Below, piece by piece: positions 57,932 through 64,000 of a stretch of DNA of 64,000 bases (position 1 is the first letter of the stretch; each line of letters starts with the position of its first letter). The notes beneath the pieces are model-generated. The model was not told the DNA's origin and made no database searches. It was given only the letters and a program-made list of their open reading frames with translations. A program made the position numbers and the translations under genes. The stretch is from Acidobacteriota bacterium (GTDB taxonomy: Bacteria > Acidobacteriota > UBA6911 > RPQK01 > JAJDTT01), in contig OZ242374.1 in assembly GCA_965209055.1 (NCBI GenBank), positions 3,936,001 to 4,000,000 on the forward strand, read 5' to 3'.

Positions 57932-59569
57932 CTAGCCACCTTTGACTCGGAAGCTGTCTCCGACCTGAGTCCTGGCATCGTTGAGCTGATCCCAAGCTTC
58001 GACTTCCACCCGGTAGGTTCCGGGTTCCAGGCCCCCCAGGTGAAAGCCCTTCACCAGGACCAGTCTGTCCGGCGAGAAAAACTGAACCGACTCCCCGTTG
58101 TTGTCGGTGGTTTCGTGAATGAGGTCGCCGCCGCGCCTGATCTGATAACGCACCTTCAACTCGGGCGCGTTGGAGGATTGATCCAGGCCGAAATTGTACA
58201 GATGCAGGTAAACCGCCAGCAGGGACTTGGGGGAAAAACTCTTGTCCATGCTGGGCCGTATTTTGACGTCTCCCAAAACGAACATCTGGTTGTCTTCGGG
58301 GACCTGGTCCAGCTTGCGGATGAAGTCGGAAAGAACGAGCGAACTGTTGCTCAGTTTCGCTCCTTCCTTCAATCCCGACGGCGGAATGATGGCTTGTTTG
58401 ACGGCGCCGATGTTGCTGCTTTCGACGTCCTTCACGACCAGATCGAGCTTGTATCGGGTCTTGTTGTCCAGAATCAGGACTTTCTGGTACATCGATCGGC
58501 CCCTCAAACTCCTTTCAAACTGCTCCGGCGTGTATGAGATCACCAGTTCATCGTCGAATTCCTGGATCAACTGATTGTCCAAGCTGGTCACGGCGCCGTA
58601 GAGGCCGATTCGAGCGGTATGCAGATCTCCCTTTCGCTTGAAGGTCATGTCCTTGTTCTGGAGTTGCAAGGTGACGGGAACCAGAAGCTTCTCCCGGTTG
58701 AGCTTGAAGTAGTCCCTTCGAACCTGGAAAGCGAGGTTTGAATAGCCGATGTTGACCTTCACCAACTCCTTCAGATCGTTGTACTTGATCTCCTTGGGGG
58801 TCTGCACCTTGGAGAAAATCTCGTAGCGGTAAAAGGGGTTGTTCCGAAAACTGCCGGTGTTGTAGGCGGGGTTGTGGCGTCCCGGAGCAAAATAGGGGCG
58901 GTCCTCTTTTTTGGTGAGACCTACCTGCTCGGCCCAGGTCAGGCCCTGACCCGGCATGTGCAGTAGGGCGTCCTTTTCTTCCGGATTGAGAGCCAGGTGG
59001 TAGTCTCCGGTGAAGGACTTGTCCACGAATTCCAACTCGATGTCGTCTCCGATGCCCTCCAGGTGCCGATAGCGCCACCGTTCGAATGCATAGACGGTCG
59101 TCTGTCCGCCACCCTGTTCGAATTCGCGGTCGTAGAAGCTTCCTGCGGCGTAGGTCTCGATTTCAGCCGGTTCCCCGTGAATGATGTAGACACGGCCCCG
59201 ATCCGAGCGCCATCCCTCCTTGCCGGAGTGGAATCGCTCATTGGCATAGGCGATGCGCCGATAGTGTTCTTCCTTGAACTCGTTGAGCGCCGTCCGGGGA
59301 TCGGGGTCTCGCCGGCGCCAGAACTGTTCGATGAAGCGTTCCTTTTCGTCCTCCGTCGTCAGCTTTGCAAAGACCGACTTCTCCTCTTCCGTAATAATGT
59401 AGACGGCATCCCGTTCCAGCCAGTTCTTGAAATAGTCCTCACTTTCCTCACGGCGAACGTCGGGATCCACCTTTTGCTTTGCCGCCATCGCGGGAAAGAA
59501 AGGCCCCAGCGACAGAATCATCAATAGGGGAGGGAATAGAAGACGCACGGCTCTGGCCCTTCGTTCCAT
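57932..59569 (-). CDS. GWxTD domain protein
   Basis: WLERDAVYIIT.EE, FIEQFWRRRDPDP, NEFKEEHYRRIAYANERF, GWRSDRGRVYI..G.P. The real start is near 59569, not the ORF-track 60727. Confidence 0.9.
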   Translation of the reverse strand: MERRARAVRLLFPPLLMILSLGPFFPAMAAKQKVDPDVRREESEDYFKNWLERDAVYIITEEEKSVFAKLTTEDEKERFIEQFWRRRDPDPRTALNEFKEEHYRRIAYANERFHSGKEGWRSDRGRVYIIHGEPAEIETYAAGSFYDREFEQGGGQTTVYAFERWRYRHLEGIGDDIELEFVDKSFTGDYHLALNPEEKDALLHMPGQGLTWAEQVGLTKKEDRPYFAPGRHNPAYNTGSFRNNPFYRYEIFSKVQTPKEIKYNDLKELVKVNIGYSNLAFQVRRDYFKLNREKLLVPVTLQLQNKDMTFKRKGDLHTARIGLYGAVTSLDNQLIQEFDDELVISYTPEQFERSLRGRSMYQKVLILDNKTRYKLDLVVKDVESSNIGAVKQAIIPPSGLKEGAKLSNSSLVLSDFIRKLDQVPEDNQMFVLGDVKIRPSMDKSFSPKSLLAVYLHLYNFGLDQSSNAPELKVRYQIRRGGDLIHETTDNNGESVQFFSPDRLVLVKGFHLGGLEPGTYRVEVEAWDQLNDARTQVGDSFRVKGG

Positions 59570-59827
59570 TGGAGATCTCATCGAGTCGAGCCCGGTTCGG
59601 ACTAGTTTAGGCAAGATCCGATTGGGGTTCAATGACGGAGCGCCGTCGATCTGCAGGGCCGTCGCACGGTGGGTGACCGGTACCTGAAGAGGGACAGCCG
59701 CAGGGTTGGTCCCGACTTGACCGGTTTGACGGTCAGGCCGCAGGATGGGTTCGGTGGCGGCAATCGTCATTTCAATTGAGACAGACCGCAGATTCGGAAA
59801 TCTCTGCCCCCTGCTTGAGACAAGCCG

Positions 59828-62050
59828 GTGAAGCTTTACAGATCGGGTCGGCCCCTTCAGCGGAGATTCAAGGCAACCATTGCTTTTCCCATCATCTTGG
59901 GGACCCTGTTCGGCTCGAGTTGGATCGGATGCACGCAATCGGAACCGCCGCAACCGCCACCTTCCGCGACAGATTCCGGCACTGAAGAAGCAGCGGAAAC
60001 CAGGGAGCCCGAGCCTCCCGTGGGCTTGACTTTCACCCGGGACATCGCGCCCATCGTCTTCCGGAACTGTTCTCCTTGTCACCGGCCGGGCGGAGCGGGT
60101 CCGTTCGATCTGCTCAGCTACGACGACGTCAAAACGCGGGCCCGGTTGATGGTCGCGGTCACGCAGAGTCGCTTTATGCCTCCCTGGCAGCCCGAGCCCG
60201 GCTATGGAGAATTCATCGGCGAGCGCCGGCTCGGCGATGAGCAGATCGAGATGTTTCAGGAGTGGGTGGCCCAAGGGTCGGTAGAAGGGGATCCGGCCGA
60301 CCTGCCCAGTATCCCGGAGTGGCCCACGGGATGGCTGCTGGGGCCGCCCGATTTGATAGTGACCATGCCCCGGCCATACACCCTGGCCGCCGAGGCCGGC
60401 GCGGCGGGGAAGGACGTCTTTCGCACCTTCGTGCTGCCGGTTCCGCTGGAGTCCATGCGTTACGTCCGGGCGTTGGAATTGAGGCCCGGAAATCCCAAGG
60501 TCGTGCATCACATCGTGGGTGGTGTCGATCCCACACCGCGCTCCCGGCAACGCGACCAGCAGGACCAGACACCCGGTTTCGATGGGATGAGGTCCACGCA
60601 GACGGCTCGTCCGCCCGGAGGCCATATCCTGGTCTGGACCCCTGGAAAGGTCCCCACGGAGTACGCCGAGGGCTTGGCCTGGGGACTCCGGGAGGGGACC
60701 GATCTGGTGCTGGAACTGCACATGCAACCGTCAGGCCGGCCGGAACCGGTTCAGCCCAGCGTCGGTCTTTATTTCAGTGAAGAGGCGCCCACCAAGACCC
60801 CGTTCATCCTGATTCTGGGCTCCGTCGCCATCGATATTCCGGCGGGCAGCAAGGACCACCGGGTCGAAGACAGCTATGTGCTGCCGGTGGACGTGCAGGT
60901 GACGAGTCTCTATCCGCACGCCCATTTCCTGGGCAAGCAGATGGAGGTCTTCGCGCGCCTTCCCGACGGGAGCCGGCGCTGGCTCCTCTACATCAAGGAT
61001 TGGGACTTCAACTGGCAGGACGATTATCTCTACTCTGAGCCCGTCTCGCTCCCGCGCGGCACCGAACTGACCATGCGCTACAGCTACGACAACTCGGCCG
61101 ACAATGTTCGCAATCCTCACAATCCGCCCCGGCGAGTGGTCTACGGCCCCAATTCCTTCGATGAGATGGGCGAGGTGTGGATCCAGATGTTGACCCGGGA
61201 CCAAGGCGACCGGACAACGCTGCAGAGTGATTATCGGCGCAAACAACTCGACCTGGGCATTGCCGGCTTCCGGCATTCCCTGGACACCAGGCCCCAGGAC
61301 GCCAAGACCCATCTGCAACTGGGTCAGGCACTGTACGTCCAGGGAAAGATCGACGAGGCCATCAAGCATTTTCGCCAGGCGCTGGACTTGCAACCTGTCA
61401 GCGCAGAAACGCACGCCTATCTGGCCAACGCCCTGATGCAAAAGGCCAATCCGGAGCAGGCGATTCGGCATTATTCCCGGGCGTTGGAGATCAAACCGGA
61501 CTTTGTGGAGGCTCACCTGCATGCCGCCAACGCGCTGATGGGGATCGGAAGACACGCTCTAGCGGAAGGGCACTATGCGCGAGTCGTCGAATTGAAAGGC
61601 GGCCACGCCTTCGCCCGCTACATGCAGGCCATGGCGCTGATCCGGCTGGGCCGCTACCGGTCCGCCCGGTCCCGCCTGGAAGAGGGCCGCCGGGCGTTGC
61701 CCGGCGATATCGACATCACTCACGCCCTGGCCCGGCTTCTGGCGGCGGCTCCCGACGACAGCGTCCGCAACGGATCGCTGGCCCTGCAGCTGTTGCAGCA
61801 GGTGTTTCAAGCCCAGGAGGAAGTCTCCTTCGAACACGTTGAAACACTGGCGATGGCCTTCGCGGAGACGGGGCAGTTCCAGCGGGCGGTTCAGATGCAG
61901 CAGGCCATGATCGAGGACGTCAGCCGGGGCGGCCGATTGGATCTTGCCCAAATGCTGCAGGAGAATCTGGGCCGGTATCGCCGGGGACAGCCCTGCCGAC
62001 AGCCGTGGAAGGACGATGATCCGGTCTTTTCACCGCTTCCGGGGGAATAG
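59828..62050 (+). CDS. Lipoprotein: cytochrome c plus copper type II (PHM/DBH-like) monooxygenase plus TPR
   Basis: Lipobox WIGC; CSPCH...MPPW; VVHHI, ELHM, PHAH, WDFNWQ, DEM; TPR C-terminus. Confidence 0.8.
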   Translation: MKLYRSGRPLQRRFKATIAFPIILGTLFGSSWIGCTQSEPPQPPPSATDSGTEEAAETREPEPPVGLTFTRDIAPIVFRNCSPCHRPGGAGPFDLLSYDDVKTRARLMVAVTQSRFMPPWQPEPGYGEFIGERRLGDEQIEMFQEWVAQGSVEGDPADLPSIPEWPTGWLLGPPDLIVTMPRPYTLAAEAGAAGKDVFRTFVLPVPLESMRYVRALELRPGNPKVVHHIVGGVDPTPRSRQRDQQDQTPGFDGMRSTQTARPPGGHILVWTPGKVPTEYAEGLAWGLREGTDLVLELHMQPSGRPEPVQPSVGLYFSEEAPTKTPFILILGSVAIDIPAGSKDHRVEDSYVLPVDVQVTSLYPHAHFLGKQMEVFARLPDGSRRWLLYIKDWDFNWQDDYLYSEPVSLPRGTELTMRYSYDNSADNVRNPHNPPRRVVYGPNSFDEMGEVWIQMLTRDQGDRTTLQSDYRRKQLDLGIAGFRHSLDTRPQDAKTHLQLGQALYVQGKIDEAIKHFRQALDLQPVSAETHAYLANALMQKANPEQAIRHYSRALEIKPDFVEAHLHAANALMGIGRHALAEGHYARVVELKGGHAFARYMQAMALIRLGRYRSARSRLEEGRRALPGDIDITHALARLLAAAPDDSVRNGSLALQLLQQVFQAQEEVSFEHVETLAMAFAETGQFQRAVQMQQAMIEDVSRGGRLDLAQMLQENLGRYRRGQPCRQPWKDDDPVFSPLPGE

Positions 62051-62071
62051 GGGGGACAGGAATGTCCCCCC
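62050..62071. terminator. GC hairpin between convergent genes (terminator or REP-like)
   Basis: GGGGGGACA-GGAA-TGTCCCCCC, a 9-bp stem with a GNRA loop. Confidence 0.6.
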
Positions 62072-62075
62072 TCAT

Positions 62076-64000
62076 TCACCAGGCGATCCTTAGCCGGAAC
62101 TGAATAATTCGGGCGAGAGCCGTATTGCGATATCGTGCGAAGGCGCTTGGGTTCGCGAGGGAATAGCTCGGGCTATAGAACTGCGCCCGGTTGAAGATAT
62201 TGAAAATTTCTGTCCCGAACTCCAGACGCACTCCCTCCAGGACCTGAAAGTCCTTCAGGATCGACAGGTTCTCGGTCGAGTATCCGAATTTGCGAATGTC
62301 CGGCAACTGTCGGGTGTCCGCAAATCCGATCACTCGATTCTCAGGCGCAAAGGCGTCCACGTTGAGCGTGTTTTTCTGCGAGCCGTTGGGATCGTAGCTC
62401 CCATGGCTGACCCCGCCGCCCAAGCCTCTTCCCGTGCGATTGACTCGCCCCAGATCGATGGGGTCTCCCGACATGTAGTTGTGCCACCCCATGACCCGCC
62501 ATCTCCCGATGAAGTGGTTGAGCACGGTGGAGGCGTCGGCACCCCATTTCTGACCCCGGCCGAAGGGCAACTGCCAGGTCCAGGTCAGGGCCATGTTGTG
62601 GGTTCGATCATAAGGCGTCAGGAAATTGACATTGCCCCCTCCGTACCCCTCATGCGAGACACCGGGAGCGCCGAATACACCATAACCTCGGCCCGTGGCA
62701 ATGTTCTTGGAAAGGGTGTACGCCAGCAGAAAACTGAGTCCCCCGCCAAAACGCTTCTGGGCACTGATGTTGGCGGCATGGTAGGAGGTATTCCCTCCGT
62801 GGGCGCCTCTCAGGTTGACTCCCGTGTATTGGGGATAGGGACGCGAAGCCTGCCGGACACTACCGGTGAACCCGGCATAGGGCACGCCGACGCCGGTCGC
62901 CATGCCTGCGGGGGAGGACAACGGCTGATCGATGACCGGTCCCAGCCTGAAGATCCCGGGCGGCACCTCGTTGCGTTCCCAATTCAAGCGGTAATGGCGG
63001 CCCATTTTGCCGACGTAGTCCCCCTTGAGCAGGAGATTCCACCCGACCTCCCTTTCAATCCCGAAACCGAAGTTATTGCTGGTGGTCCACTTGTTGTCCT
63101 GGGGATGAATCCAGTGCACCGCGGTCCCGTTGGCCAGGGTCGGGTCGAGGTTGGGAAGACTGGCGACGATCTGGAGTCCTTCGGCCGGAAACCCGTCGTT
63201 CCAGTTGAAGGCCGGAGTCACGCCTCCATCGGTCGAGCTGTAGCGTGGCTCGGCGGCCCACCCCAGAGCCGCTACATTCCCACCGCCCTGCAACTCGGCG
63301 CCCGGATTGGCGTAGGTGATTCCCGCGTAAGCTCGAATCACGGTCCTGTCGTCCAAGGCGTAGGCCAGACCAATACGGGGCGACCAGGCGCCCCAATCCC
63401 GATCGTAGGCCCGGGTTCGACCGTTTCGCCCCGGTCCCTCGCCGTTGAAAGTCAAGGCGCCCAGACGTCCGTCCGCCCCGGCATTGGGAATGTCGGGACT
63501 GAAGTAGCCCATCCGGTGATAGGTTTCGCCGAAGGGGGTCCACCAGTTGTATCGAAGCCCGTAATTGACGGTCAGTTGGCGGGTGGCGCGCCACGTATCC
63601 TGCAAATAGATGGCATAGACGCGATTGTTGACCCTCTTGTTGTCAGAAGGCCTCATGAAGGCGGTGTTCACTTCGCCCAACAGGTAGCTGGCCCAGCCGC
63701 GGCCGGTCAGCGCGATATCGGGGAATGCGGAGACGTTGCCTCCCGCATCCATCTGGTTGCCGCCGGCCAATCCCGTCGTGATGTCGCTGAAGGTGAAATT
63801 GCCGTTGGTGAAAATCTGGACGTTCCGTCCCACGGCGGCATACCTGCCCTGGATGCCGAACTTGTAGTTGTGGCTCCCTTTGACCCAGGTCAGATCCGTG
63901 TAAACCGGGTAGGTGAACTCGGGCATGAAGAGGTTCAGGAAGAGGAAGCCGAATCCGGAGGCGCCCTGGATGTTGGTGAAGGGAGTATCGGGCGTCACCA
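62076..64000 (-). CDS. TonB-dependent receptor, Oar-like, 5'-truncated by the window edge
   Basis: KGSHNYKFG, YLQDTWR, NYGLRY, SPRIGLAY, EIFNIFNR; ends RIIQFRLRIAW. Confidence 0.9.
   Translation of the reverse strand, partial: VTPDTPFTNIQGASGFGFLFLNLFMPEFTYPVYTDLTWVKGSHNYKFGIQGRYAAVGRNVQIFTNGNFTFSDITTGLAGGNQMDAGGNVSAFPDIALTGRGWASYLLGEVNTAFMRPSDNKRVNNRVYAIYLQDTWRATRQLTVNYGLRYNWWTPFGETYHRMGYFSPDIPNAGADGRLGALTFNGEGPGRNGRTRAYDRDWGAWSPRIGLAYALDDRTVIRAYAGITYANPGAELQGGGNVAALGWAAEPRYSSTDGGVTPAFNWNDGFPAEGLQIVASLPNLDPTLANGTAVHWIHPQDNKWTTSNNFGFGIEREVGWNLLLKGDYVGKMGRHYRLNWERNEVPPGIFRLGPVIDQPLSSPAGMATGVGVPYAGFTGSVRQASRPYPQYTGVNLRGAHGGNTSYHAANISAQKRFGGGLSFLLAYTLSKNIATGRGYGVFGAPGVSHEGYGGGNVNFLTPYDRTHNMALTWTWQLPFGRGQKWGADASTVLNHFIGRWRVMGWHNYMSGDPIDLGRVNRTGRGLGGGVSHGSYDPNGSQKNTLNVDAFAPENRVIGFADTRQLPDIRKFGYSTENLSILKDFQVLEGVRLEFGTEIFNIFNRAQFYSPSYSLANPSAFARYRNTALARIIQFRLRIAW

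Noticed and set aside
59570-60727. N-terminal ~385-aa extension of the GWxTD ORF
   Set aside because: Overlaps the divergent monooxygenase gene antisense; a signal peptide near 59569 marks the real start.
1-64000. CRISPR arrays, tRNA/rRNA genes, intact IS or prophage
   Set aside because: No spaced direct repeats, cloverleaf or rRNA signatures, transposases or phage structural genes were seen.

Overview
GC-rich bacterial DNA, most consistent with Acidobacteriota (inferred from Oar-type TonB-dependent receptors, a GWxTD protein, CRTAC1/TPR genes and a planctomycete-type DUF1501/DUF1549/DUF1553 cluster). About 40 real CDSs are present. I saw no rRNA, tRNA or CRISPR array. The standout region is 5.9-17.0 kb. 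There a partial ebo operon (eboA-eboB ... eboF, minus strand) lacks eboC/D/E, and in their place sits a ~7.7 kb cassette: a divergent TetR with twin palindromic operators over a near-consensus promoter, then five translationally coupled genes. These encode a KSIII-AfsA fusion, an ICMT-family methyltransferase, an SDR lacking YxxxK, a rifampin-phosphotransferase-like PEP-utiliser and a UbiA prenyltransferase. Together they are a candidate pathway for a modified butyrolactone/butenolide-type metabolite. Other points of interest are a cytochrome c/copper-monooxygenase/TPR lipoprotein with a TPR paralogue and CRTAC1, a DUF433 antitoxin whose toxin is reduced to six codons, and a tyrosine-recombinase fragment upstream of an atypical TonB receptor. 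All calls come from motif recognition by eye; no searches were run.
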